A DNA stretch of 64,000 nucleotides from an uncultured Acidobacteriota bacterium (lineage in GTDB: Bacteria; Acidobacteriota; Vicinamibacteria; Fen-336): positions 2,438,908-2,502,907 of the forward strand of contig OY970399.1 in assembly GCA_963720545.1 (NCBI GenBank), read 5' to 3'. Below the pieces are notes generated by a model. It saw only the letters and a program-made list of their open reading frames with translations. It did not search any database and was not told the origin of the DNA. This document shows positions 30,300 through 39,115 of this stretch, in pieces; within the stretch, counting starts at the first letter, position 1, and the number at the start of each line of letters is the position of its first letter. A program made the translations under genes and the position numbers.

Positions 30300-30342
30300 C
30301 AAGGGACAAGCATCAGGTGTGCTATATGATGCCTTCCTATAT
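30300..30342 (+). promoter_or_regulatory. AT-rich segment upstream of padR with an inverted repeat (CATCA-N11-TGATG) and CTATAT direct repeats; candidate promoter/operator
   Basis: Sequence gtgctatatgatgccttcctatatatggac stands out from the 70% GC background. Confidence 0.3.
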
Positions 30343-30699
30343 ATGGACATCCAAACGGCCGCACCGGCGACCATCGAGGCGGCGAAGAAGGGCAGCGCCG
30401 ACCTCCTCATCCTGGCACTCGTGGACGAGCGGCCGCTGCACGGTTACGACATCGCCCGCCTGATCGAGGCGCGCTCGGGCGGCACGCTGCGCTTCACTCT
30501 CGCGTCCCTGTACGCGACCCTCTACCGGCTGGAGGAGCGCGAGCAGCTCAAGGGCGCGTGGCTCGAGAAGGCGGGGCAGCGCCGCCGCCGCTACTACCGC
30601 ATCACGCTGAAGGGCCGGAAGCTGCTGGCCGAGCAGCGCGCCGACTGGACGCGCTTCATCGCGGCACTGAGCGCCGTTGCCGGGCTCAACCAGGCATGA
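30343..30699 (+). CDS. PadR family transcriptional regulator
   Basis: PadR winged-HTH (DLLILALVDERPLHGYDIARLIE...LYATLYRLEE). ATG at 30343 is preferred over the track GTG at 30319. Stop overlaps the next start (ATGA). Confidence 0.8.
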   Translation: MDIQTAAPATIEAAKKGSADLLILALVDERPLHGYDIARLIEARSGGTLRFTLASLYATLYRLEEREQLKGAWLEKAGQRRRRYYRITLKGRKLLAEQRADWTRFIAALSAVAGLNQA

Positions 30700-33446
30700 G
30701 CGACTGGCGCGAGCTGGTGGCGCAACAGGCGCGGCACGACGGCATCTCGCTGCCGTCCGCAACCTGCGACGAGATCGCGCTGCACCTCGAAGACCTGCAC
30801 GAAGCGGCGCTTGGCGCCGGCTGCGATGCCGCCGAGGCGCGGCAGCGCGTGGTCGCAGCACTTGCCGAAGCGCCGCTCGCCGAGCTGCGCCGCCATGCGG
30901 CAAGCGATCCTTCCCTGCGCCGCGAACGAGCGGCGAACGACCTCGCCGCAGCCGCGAGCGGCCGGAGCCTGCAGCTGTGGAGCAACGTGCGCACCGCGGT
31001 GCGCCAGTTCCGGCAGCATCCGGGTTTCGCGCTCGCCGCGATCCTGGTCCTCGGGCTCGGCACCGGCGCCGCCACCGTCGTCTACAGCCTGGTCGACTCG
31101 ATCGTGCTGCGGCCGCTGCCTTACGCCGCGCCCGATCGGCTGGTGACGATGTGGGATACGAACTACGAGAAGGGCCTCGGGCGCGATCCCATTTCGCCCG
31201 TGAACTTCATGGACCAGCGTGCGCTGCCGGTGTTCAAGGACGCGGCAGCGTGGTGGCGGCCGGGCATCAACCTCACCGACTCCGGCCTCGAGCCGGTGCG
31301 CGTGAAGACGATCGAGGTCAGCGGCAACCTGTTCTCGGTGCTGGGCGTCAGCCCGCAGCTTGGCGCCGGCTTTCCCGCCGGCGGGCCGCTGTTCGTCGCG
31401 GGCGAGCGGATAGCGGTCGTCAGCGACCGCCTCTGGCGCACGCGCTACAACGCCGATCCCGGGCTCGTCGGCCGGCACCTGATCCTGAACGACACGCCTT
31501 ATCAGGTCGTCGGCATCATGCCGCCCGGCTTTCACTATCCGGACAGCGTAGACATCTGGCAGCGGCTGACGTGGGACATGACCCTGCACAGCCGCCACGC
31601 GCACTTCATGGAAGCGGTGCTGCGGCTCGGCGACGGCAAGAGTCTCGAGGAGGCGCGCGCCGCGAGCGATGCGCTGGCGCTGCGCCTCGCCGCCGATTAT
31701 CCGGCCAGCAACAAGGCCTGGGGGACGCGCCTGACGCCGCTGCTCGAGGACAAGCTCGGCTACTACCGCCCGGCACTCGTGGTGCTGTTCGGCGCCGTCG
31801 CGCTGCTGCTGGTCATCGGCTGCCTCAACGTCGCTTCGCTGATGCTGACGCGCGCGCTGTCGCGCGAGAAGGAGATTGCGGTGCGGATCGCGCTCGGCGC
31901 CGCACCCCGCCAGCTGGTCACGCAGCTGTTGTGCGAGGGGCTCGTGCTCTCGCTCGGCGGCGCCCTCCTCGGCCTGCTGCTCGCCGCCACCGCGCTGCCG
32001 CTCGCGGTGCGGCTCAGTCCGGTGTCGGTGCCGCGCCTCGAGGAGGCGTCGCTGCGCTTCGGGGCGCTGGGCATTGGCGTGGCCGTGGTGGTTGCGACGA
32101 CGCTGCTCTTCGGGCTGATCCCGGCCGCGCTGCTGGTGAAGCGCCGGCTCGCGAGCGACCTGAAAGCCGGCGAGCGCGGCAGTTCGCGCGGCGCGCGGCG
32201 CACCTACTCCGTGCTGGTTGCCGGCGAGGTGGCGCTCGCGTGCGTGCTGCTCGTCAGCTCGGCGTTGTTGGTGCGCACGGTGACGCGCATGATCGAGACG
32301 CCCACCGGCGTCGATGCCGACGCCGTCGTCACCACCACCGTCCTCATCGAGGCGCAGACCGGCGCCTTCGAGGAATGGCTGAAGGTGGAAAGGACGCAGG
32401 AAGCGATCCTGGACGCGATCCGCAGCCAGCCGGGAGTGCTGGCCGCAGGCGCCGCGAACCGCCTGCCGCTCGACATCGGCTGGCGCACGCCGTTCGGCAT
32501 CGAAGGCGTGCCGGCACCCGCGCGCCCCGAGGATGCGCCGCTCGCGCAGTTCCTGAGCGTCAGCGACGGGTTCTTCGAGAGCATGGGCGCGCGGCTCGGC
32601 GCGGGCCGCACGTTCGCCAGGTTCGACACCGACGAGGCGGCGCCCATCGTGATGGTCAACGAGACCTTCGCGCAGCGTTTCCTTGCCGGCAGCGATCCGC
32701 TGACTCGCGTGATCACCAGCGAAGCCAGCGGCATCGGTCCGCTGGGACGCAACCTGCTGAGAATCCGCGGACCGCGGCCGCCGGGGGGCAGGCCGCCGTC
32801 GCCACCCACCCGCTACCAGGTGATCGGCGTCGTCAGGGACGTGCGCAACGTGCCGCTCGGCCAGGCGATGGAGCCGGCCATCTACTTCACCACCCGCCAG
32901 TTTCCATTCCAGGAGGTGTTCGTCACCGTGCGCGCCACGAGCACCGGGGCCGCCACCGCGGCGCTGCGCGCGGCACTACGCACGGCCGCGCCGCAGGTGC
33001 CGATGGCGCCGGCCGTTACGTGGGGTGAACGGTTCGCGGAGCGCTCGGCGGAGCCGCGGCTGCTGATGGCGATCCTGGTGTTGTTCGGCAGCCTCGCCGG
33101 GCTGCTCGCCGCGATCGGCGTCTATTCGATGTTTTCCTGGAGCGTCGCGCTGCGCGGCCGCGAGCTCGCGATCCGCCTGGCGCTCGGGGCGCGGCCGGCT
33201 CTCGTCGGCCGGATGATCGTGCGGCAGAGTGCCTTGCTCGTGGGCGCGGGACTCGCCGCCGGCCTGCTGCTGGTGCGCGCCGGCCACGGCGCCCTCGAGC
33301 GGGTGCTCTTCGAGGTGTCGCCCGGCGACCTGCGCGCGACCATGGCTGCGAGCGCGGTGCTGGTGCTGGTCGCCCTGTGCGCCTGCCTGGCGCCGGCGCT
33401 GCGCGCGATGCACGTCGATCCGGCCGCGGGACTGCGCTCGGAGTAA
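30696..33446 (+). CDS. FtsX/MacB-type ABC transporter permease with duplicated FtsX domains (PadR-associated, ADOP-like)
   Basis: 917 aa with two repeats of a 4-TM FtsX domain and large periplasmic loops. N-terminal PadR-associated region. Confidence 0.85.
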   Translation: MSDWRELVAQQARHDGISLPSATCDEIALHLEDLHEAALGAGCDAAEARQRVVAALAEAPLAELRRHAASDPSLRRERAANDLAAAASGRSLQLWSNVRTAVRQFRQHPGFALAAILVLGLGTGAATVVYSLVDSIVLRPLPYAAPDRLVTMWDTNYEKGLGRDPISPVNFMDQRALPVFKDAAAWWRPGINLTDSGLEPVRVKTIEVSGNLFSVLGVSPQLGAGFPAGGPLFVAGERIAVVSDRLWRTRYNADPGLVGRHLILNDTPYQVVGIMPPGFHYPDSVDIWQRLTWDMTLHSRHAHFMEAVLRLGDGKSLEEARAASDALALRLAADYPASNKAWGTRLTPLLEDKLGYYRPALVVLFGAVALLLVIGCLNVASLMLTRALSREKEIAVRIALGAAPRQLVTQLLCEGLVLSLGGALLGLLLAATALPLAVRLSPVSVPRLEEASLRFGALGIGVAVVVATTLLFGLIPAALLVKRRLASDLKAGERGSSRGARRTYSVLVAGEVALACVLLVSSALLVRTVTRMIETPTGVDADAVVTTTVLIEAQTGAFEEWLKVERTQEAILDAIRSQPGVLAAGAANRLPLDIGWRTPFGIEGVPAPARPEDAPLAQFLSVSDGFFESMGARLGAGRTFARFDTDEAAPIVMVNETFAQRFLAGSDPLTRVITSEASGIGPLGRNLLRIRGPRPPGGRPPSPPTRYQVIGVVRDVRNVPLGQAMEPAIYFTTRQFPFQEVFVTVRATSTGAATAALRAALRTAAPQVPMAPAVTWGERFAERSAEPRLLMAILVLFGSLAGLLAAIGVYSMFSWSVALRGRELAIRLALGARPALVGRMIVRQSALLVGAGLAAGLLLVRAGHGALERVLFEVSPGDLRATMAASAVLVLVALCACLAPALRAMHVDPAAGLRSE

Positions 33447-33464
33447 CGCCTGTAACCTCGAGGC

Positions 33465-34802
33465 GTGGCCGACCCGCGCGCGGTGCGCGCCCTGCGGGAG
33501 CACGGTGCCGACGCCGTCTCGTTCCAGGGCCTCGAATCCGGCATGTCGTGGTGGCACGCGCCGCACGGCGACGCCGCGGTCGCGTACCTCGACACCGGCA
33601 GGTCGTGGATCGCGGCCGGCCGGCCGCTGACGGCGTCCGCGCGGTGCGCGCCAGCGGCCGCCGCCTTCGCCGCGGCCGCGAAGTGCGCCGGACGGCGCCC
33701 GGTCTTCTTCGGCGTCGAGAGCCTCGCGCCCTTCGCCGGCATGAAAAGGCTGCAGATCGGGCTGCAGTCGGTGCTCGATCCGGCGCAGTGGCAAGGCACA
33801 TTGAGGCGCAGCGCCAAGCTGCGCGAACAGCTGCGGCGAGCGCGCGCCAAGGGCGTCACCATCCGCCTCGTCGCCGCCGCAGAGCTCGCCCCCGGCGCGC
33901 CGCTGCGCGCTGCGGTTATGGCGCTGGCGCGCGCGTGGCTGGCTTCGCGGCGCATGGAGCCGATGACGTTCCTGGTCGCGGTCGAGCCCTTCCATGAGCC
34001 GCATGAGCACGTCTATCTCGCAGCCGAGCACCGCGGCGCCCTGGTGCAGTTCCTCTCTGCGGTGCCGATCTACGCGCGCGGGGCATGGCTCATCGAAGAC
34101 ATGTTGCGTGGCAGGGCGGCGCCGAACGGCACCACCGAACTCCTCCTCGACCGGCTGATGCGCGAAGTCGGTGCGCGCTCTTCGTTCCTCACTCCCGGCC
34201 TGACGCCACTCACCGGCGGGCTGCCGCCCTGGCTCGCCGCCGCGCGCTTCGCCCTGCGGCCGCTCTACGACTTCGATGGTCTGCGCCGCTTTCGCGCGCG
34301 GCTTTTGCCCGCGCGCTGGGAGCCGGTGTGGATGGCGTGGGACCGCGGCATGGCGCCGCTGGTGCTGCTCGACGTGCTGCGCGCCTTCGCCGGCGGGCGT
34401 CTGCTGGAGTTCGGCTGGCGCACGCTGGTGCGCCGTCCCAACGGCCCGCCGTTCGCGCTGGCGCTGCCGCTCGTCGCATGGACGGCGGCGCTCGCGCTCA
34501 TCGCCGCCGCCGGGCGACAGCAGCTCCTCGCCTTCAGCGCGCCGGCGCTCTGGGCCTGGGTCGCCTACGACATCGCGCTCCTGGCGATGCTGTTTCGTGC
34601 AGCGAGCCGGCCGTCCGCCGCGCGGCTGCTCGCCGTCACCGCGATGGCGGCACTCGACGCGGTGCTCTCCACTCGTCACCTGGCTGTTACCGGCCTGGGC
34701 GGCGCGGCACTGCCGGCGGCGCTGCGCCTCGCAGCAACCGCCGGGCCGGTCTTCGGCACGCTCGGCCTCGGCCTGACCCTGCTGCGCCTGCGCAAGTCGT
34801 GA
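33465..34802 (+). CDS. DUF2156 (phosphatidylglycerol lysyltransferase C-terminal-like) domain protein with a C-terminal TM region
   Basis: GTG start. N-terminal 300 aa resemble the MprF C-terminal aminoacyl-transferase domain. The final 120 aa are hydrophobic helices. Confidence 0.7.
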   Translation: MADPRAVRALREHGADAVSFQGLESGMSWWHAPHGDAAVAYLDTGRSWIAAGRPLTASARCAPAAAAFAAAAKCAGRRPVFFGVESLAPFAGMKRLQIGLQSVLDPAQWQGTLRRSAKLREQLRRARAKGVTIRLVAAAELAPGAPLRAAVMALARAWLASRRMEPMTFLVAVEPFHEPHEHVYLAAEHRGALVQFLSAVPIYARGAWLIEDMLRGRAAPNGTTELLLDRLMREVGARSSFLTPGLTPLTGGLPPWLAAARFALRPLYDFDGLRRFRARLLPARWEPVWMAWDRGMAPLVLLDVLRAFAGGRLLEFGWRTLVRRPNGPPFALALPLVAWTAALALIAAAGRQQLLAFSAPALWAWVAYDIALLAMLFRAASRPSAARLLAVTAMAALDAVLSTRHLAVTGLGGAALPAALRLAATAGPVFGTLGLGLTLLRLRKS

Positions 34803-34847
34803 GCCGCGCCAAGTCGTGGGAGGATTGGCGGCTGGAGGCTATTCGCG

Positions 34848-35423
34848 ATGGCGGGACTGATCGAGGCGATCGACATCAAGCGGCGCACCTTTTTCGAGAG
34901 CGAGGGGGTGCCGTTCACTGCCATCGACGTCGAGATCTCCCGGCCCACGGCGCGCGGCGGCCAGACACTGGTGCGCATCAAGATGCGCAACCTCATCACC
35001 CGTGCGGTCTTCGACCGCACCTACAAGGCCGGCGAGAAGTTCCAGGAGCCCGACCTGGAGATGGTGCCGGCGTCCTATCTCTACGGCGGCAACGACGGCT
35101 ACAACTTCATGGACCAGAACACCTACGACACCCTGACGCTCGGCGCGGACATGATCGGCGACGACCGGCAGCTGCTGGTCGAGAACATGCTGGTGCAGAT
35201 CCAGAAATTCAACGGCCGCCCCATCGGCGTGTCTTTGCCGCAGCACGTCGAGCTCAGCGTCGCCTCCACCGAGCCGGCCGTGCGCGGCGACACCGCGAGC
35301 GGCGGGGCCACCAAGATCGCGGTGCTCGAGACCGGGCTTGCGGTGCGCGTGCCGCTGTTCATCGAGGAAGGCGAGCGCGTGCGCGTGCACACCGAGACGC
35401 GCGAGTTCGTCGGCCGGGCCTAG
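34848..35423 (+). CDS. efp: elongation factor P
   Basis: GGAGG RBS. KOW/OB architecture. Modification loop reads SRPTARGGQTL. Confidence 0.9.
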   Translation: MAGLIEAIDIKRRTFFESEGVPFTAIDVEISRPTARGGQTLVRIKMRNLITRAVFDRTYKAGEKFQEPDLEMVPASYLYGGNDGYNFMDQNTYDTLTLGADMIGDDRQLLVENMLVQIQKFNGRPIGVSLPQHVELSVASTEPAVRGDTASGGATKIAVLETGLAVRVPLFIEEGERVRVHTETREFVGRA

Positions 35424-35427
35424 CCCG

Positions 35428-37569
35428 CTAGCGGCCGCCGGTCTCGCTGCCGCGCAGCCCGCGCAACAGCTCGGCGTTGCGCCGCACTGCGGCTTCGAGG
35501 GTGTTCGCCTGCTGCTGCGCGACCGGCCAGTTCGACGCCTCGACCGCTTCGGTCAGCCCCGGCAGCTCCAGGTGCGCGTAGGTGAAGCGCGCCGCGTACA
35601 CCATGTGCTTGAACCACGGCCGGCCCGGAATGCCGTCGGGGTTCAGCCAGTTGCCTTCGACCGCCATCAGCGCCTTGTTGAGCGCGGCTTTCGACTCGTC
35701 GCTTAGCGGCGCGCGCAGCGACGCCGCCAGGTACGCGTTGGCGTCGGCGCCAGCCGTCTCGAACGCGGTGAGCGCCGTGAGCAGCGGCTTGAAGTCGACC
35801 TTCGCCGCGGCCCCGGGCTTCGCCGCGACCTCGTTCGTGAAGGCGCGCATGTGCTTCGCGTACAGCGCGAAGTCGAACGGCAGGAGCTCGGCATTCGCGA
35901 GGCGCAGGCCCACCACGCCCCAGAGCTGCGCCATCAGCGTGTGGTACTTGTAGCCGGGATCGCCAAAGCGGTTCATCCAGTAGAAGTTGTCGTAGGCCGA
36001 GTGGTAGACGCCGTAGTCGCCGTCGAAGCCGAGCAGCATGGTGGGCCGGCCGAGGAAGTTGAGGAACACCGTGTGGTCGGAGCCGCTGCCGATCCTGGTG
36101 TCGGTGAGCTCGTCGTCGCCGATCGACTTCGCGCCGCGCCGCGCCGCGGCACTCTTCTTCCAGGCGTCGTAGAGCGAGCTTCCCGAAGGATCCTTGAGCG
36201 TCCTGGTGGCCTCGACCAGCATCGGCGCCAGCGACGGCACGCTGCTCGCGTCGAGCCGCGGACCCGAGGTGGACGAGTCGACGTTGAGGTACGCGACCAT
36301 CTTTTCCCTGAGTGCGTCCGCGAACTGCTCGCCCCATTCGGTCGAGCCGGTGAGGCCGACCTCCTCGCCGTCCCAGCTGCAGAAGACCAGCGTGCGCCGC
36401 GGCCGCACGCCGACCCTCAGCAGCGCGCCGAGCCCGCGTGTCAGCTCCATCATCGACGCCGTGCCGCTCGACGGGTCGACGCCGCCGAACTCCCAGGCGT
36501 CGCGGTGATTGCCGAACACCACCCAGTCGTCGGGCAGCTCGCTGCCACGAATGCGCGCCTCGACCACGTAGTTGGGCAGGATGTTCGTGTCCATGTCGAT
36601 CTTGAGGTGCACGCGGCCGACGCCGCCGAGCCGGTAGCGGATGGGCAGCCCGCCCTGCCAGTCTTTCGGCGCCAGCGGACCGCCCATGTTCGCGAGCAGC
36701 GGCCTGGCGTCGCGCCACGACAGCGCCAGCGCCATGATCTTCGGCAGCGACTGCGCTTCGCTGCCCGCCACCCGCACGGCGGTCTCGACCGAGGCATAGC
36801 CGGGCGTCAGCGGGTCGCCGGGCACGATGAAGTCGTAGGTGATGGCGCCGCGCTGGATGTGGCTCTCCGGACCCCACGGCCCGTTGGGATAGACCTTGCC
36901 CCTCTTGAAGCCGTCCTCGGCCGGATCGGAATAGATGAGGATGGCCGCCGCGCCTTCGCGCTGCGCCGTCAGCGCCTTGAAGCCGCGGTAACTGTACGGG
37001 TTCGAGTAGCGCACCAGCACGATCTTGCCGCGCACGTCGATGCCGCTCATCTTCAGGTGCGCGTAGTCCTCGGGGTTGCCGCCGCGCGCGTACACGATCG
37101 GCGCCGTGACCTCGCCGGAGCGCGACATGCCGAGGTAGGCGCCGCGGATCCGCGGGTTGGCGGTGTCGGGATCTTCCGGGTAAACGTCCTCGCGCAGGCT
37201 CGCGACGTACCTGACCGGCGACACCATGTCGAGGGCGATCTCGCGCGGGTACGAGTTGAGGACGTCGTAGCGGCGGATGACGATGTCCTCGAGCCCCTGG
37301 TCTTTCCACGTGTCGGCGATGTACTGGGCCAGCTCGTTGTTGCGCGTCGAGCCCGCCGGGTGCGGTTCGGACGTGAACACGCGGTGGAAGTCGCGCGCCG
37401 ACTCGGGCGTCGGGATCGCCGTGAAACGGGCCTCCACGGCCAGCTGGCGGGCCGCGGCCGCCGTGCCGAAGCCGAGGATGCCGGCACTCGCCGGCGCGGC
37501 CGCGTCCTGCGCGGAACCCGCGGGCAGGACCGCCGCCGCGAACAACACGAGTGCTGCGGGAATTCTCAA
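35428..37569 (-). CDS. M28 family peptidase with PA and transferrin-receptor-like dimerisation domains (glutamate carboxypeptidase II-like), secreted
   Basis: TTG start giving signal peptide [23 protein letters not shown]. Zn ligands of M28 (HxD, DGEE, H). PA domain insert. Confidence 0.85.
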   Translation of the reverse strand: MRIPAALVLFAAAVLPAGSAQDAAAPASAGILGFGTAAAARQLAVEARFTAIPTPESARDFHRVFTSEPHPAGSTRNNELAQYIADTWKDQGLEDIVIRRYDVLNSYPREIALDMVSPVRYVASLREDVYPEDPDTANPRIRGAYLGMSRSGEVTAPIVYARGGNPEDYAHLKMSGIDVRGKIVLVRYSNPYSYRGFKALTAQREGAAAILIYSDPAEDGFKRGKVYPNGPWGPESHIQRGAITYDFIVPGDPLTPGYASVETAVRVAGSEAQSLPKIMALALSWRDARPLLANMGGPLAPKDWQGGLPIRYRLGGVGRVHLKIDMDTNILPNYVVEARIRGSELPDDWVVFGNHRDAWEFGGVDPSSGTASMMELTRGLGALLRVGVRPRRTLVFCSWDGEEVGLTGSTEWGEQFADALREKMVAYLNVDSSTSGPRLDASSVPSLAPMLVEATRTLKDPSGSSLYDAWKKSAAARRGAKSIGDDELTDTRIGSGSDHTVFLNFLGRPTMLLGFDGDYGVYHSAYDNFYWMNRFGDPGYKYHTLMAQLWGVVGLRLANAELLPFDFALYAKHMRAFTNEVAAKPGAAAKVDFKPLLTALTAFETAGADANAYLAASLRAPLSDESKAALNKALMAVEGNWLNPDGIPGRPWFKHMVYAARFTYAHLELPGLTEAVEASNWPVAQQQANTLEAAVRRNAELLRGLRGSETGGR

Positions 37570-38477
37570 CTGGTGGCCACCTGTTCGGCGAGGGCAATGG
37601 CGCCGAGCGAGCCGGCACGGTTGCCGAGGCCCGGCGCGACGATGAAATTGTCGAGGTCCGCGAGCAGCTGCGGCGCGCGGATGTAATTGTTGAGCCACGC
37701 GGCCACCGCGGCGCGGATCGCGGGGAACAGGGCCGCATTCGCCATCACGCCGCCGCCGAGGACGATGCGCTGCGGCGACAGCGTGCACACGAACGTGGCG
37801 AGCGCCGACGCGAGATAGCCGGCTTCGAGCGCCCAAGCGGGATGATCGGCGGGGAGCGTTTCGGCCGGCACACCCCAGCGCTCCTTCATCGCGGTACCGC
37901 TCGCGAGTCCCTCGAGGCAGTCGCCGTGATAGGGGCAGCACCCCGGATACGGGTCCTGCGTGCGGTCGTGGCGAACCGGGATGTGGCCCATTTCCGGGTG
38001 CACGAGGCCGTGCATCCTCTGCCCGTCGAGGACGCCGCCGCCGCCGATGCCGGTGCCTATCGTCATATAGAGGAACGAATCGAGGCCTTGCGCGGCGCCC
38101 CAGCGCCCCTCCGCCAGCGCGGCCCCGTTCACGTCGGTGTCGAATCCTACTGGAACGCCGAGCGCGCGGCGCGCGGCCTCGACGATCGCCACATTCGCCC
38201 AGCCGGGCTTGGGGGTCGAGGTGATGCATCCGTAGCTGGGCGAGGCGGCTCGCAGGTCGATCGGCCCGAACGATGCGATGCCCACGGCCCGCAGGCGGCC
38301 GTGCTGCGCGTGCTGGGCGGCAAGGAACTCGAGCGAGCGGGCGAGGGTCTCGGCCGGGGTGGTGGTGGGGAAGCGAGCCTCGGCGCGGATGTCGTCGGGC
38401 CCGGTGCCCACGAGGCAGACGAACTTGGTGCCGCCCGCCTCGATGCCGCCGAAGGGCTCCTGCGTCATTTCCGTCAC
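37566..38477 (-). CDS. ROK family sugar kinase (fructokinase/glucokinase-like)
   Basis: ROK motifs including the Zn site CxCGxxGCxE-like ([11 protein letters not shown]). N-terminal ATP site GIEAGGTKF. Confidence 0.8.
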   Translation of the reverse strand: MTEMTQEPFGGIEAGGTKFVCLVGTGPDDIRAEARFPTTTPAETLARSLEFLAAQHAQHGRLRAVGIASFGPIDLRAASPSYGCITSTPKPGWANVAIVEAARRALGVPVGFDTDVNGAALAEGRWGAAQGLDSFLYMTIGTGIGGGGVLDGQRMHGLVHPEMGHIPVRHDRTQDPYPGCCPYHGDCLEGLASGTAMKERWGVPAETLPADHPAWALEAGYLASALATFVCTLSPQRIVLGGGVMANAALFPAIRAAVAAWLNNYIRAPQLLADLDNFIVAPGLGNRAGSLGAIALAEQVATS

Positions 38478-39091
38478 TCGGCTTCGTCGAACGAGACGAG
38501 ACCGGTTTCGAGCGAATACTCGGCGCCCACCACCAGCAGCCCCTGGTCGCGGATCAGTTGCTCGATGATCTGCGACCCGCGCCGCAGGTGGCGCACCGAC
38601 TCGCGGATGTTGGCGCGCACCCCCTGCGCGACCAGCTGCTCGAAGTCGCCACCCCAGCCCGACTGCAGCAGCGCGCCCACCGAAGGCCGCACGAAGTCGA
38701 CGATCGAGCGGATGCTCTCCGAGTGGCTGGTCTCCGGCCGCAGCAGCTGTTCGAGGGTCGCGAGCACCACGCCGCAGCGGGAATGGCCGAGCACCACCAC
38801 CAGCCGCGTGCCGAAGCGCGCGGCCGCGAACTCGACGCTGCCGACCTGCGACGGCGCCACGATGTTGCCGGCGACGCGGATGACGAACAGGTCGCCGAGG
38901 CCCTGGTCGAAGACGATCTCGGCGGGCACCCGCGAGTCGGAGCAGCCGAGGATGATGGCGAATGGCTCCTGGCTTTGCGCGAGCTCGGCGCGCCGCGCCT
39001 GGCTGAGGTAGGAAGAAGCGCCGCCGCGGTTCGCGGCGAACCGCTCGTTGCCTTCGCGGAGTTGCCGGAGGGCGTCGCGGGCGTTGACCAT
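38474..39091 (-). CDS. beta-class carbonic anhydrase
   Basis: CSDSR, HSRCG and GAEYS motifs. Overlaps the ROK start (ATGA). Confidence 0.85.
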   Translation of the reverse strand: MVNARDALRQLREGNERFAANRGGASSYLSQARRAELAQSQEPFAIILGCSDSRVPAEIVFDQGLGDLFVIRVAGNIVAPSQVGSVEFAAARFGTRLVVVLGHSRCGVVLATLEQLLRPETSHSESIRSIVDFVRPSVGALLQSGWGGDFEQLVAQGVRANIRESVRHLRRGSQIIEQLIRDQGLLVVGAEYSLETGLVSFDEAE

Positions 39092-39115
39092 GCTGCCGCG
39101 CAGTCTACTAAGAGG

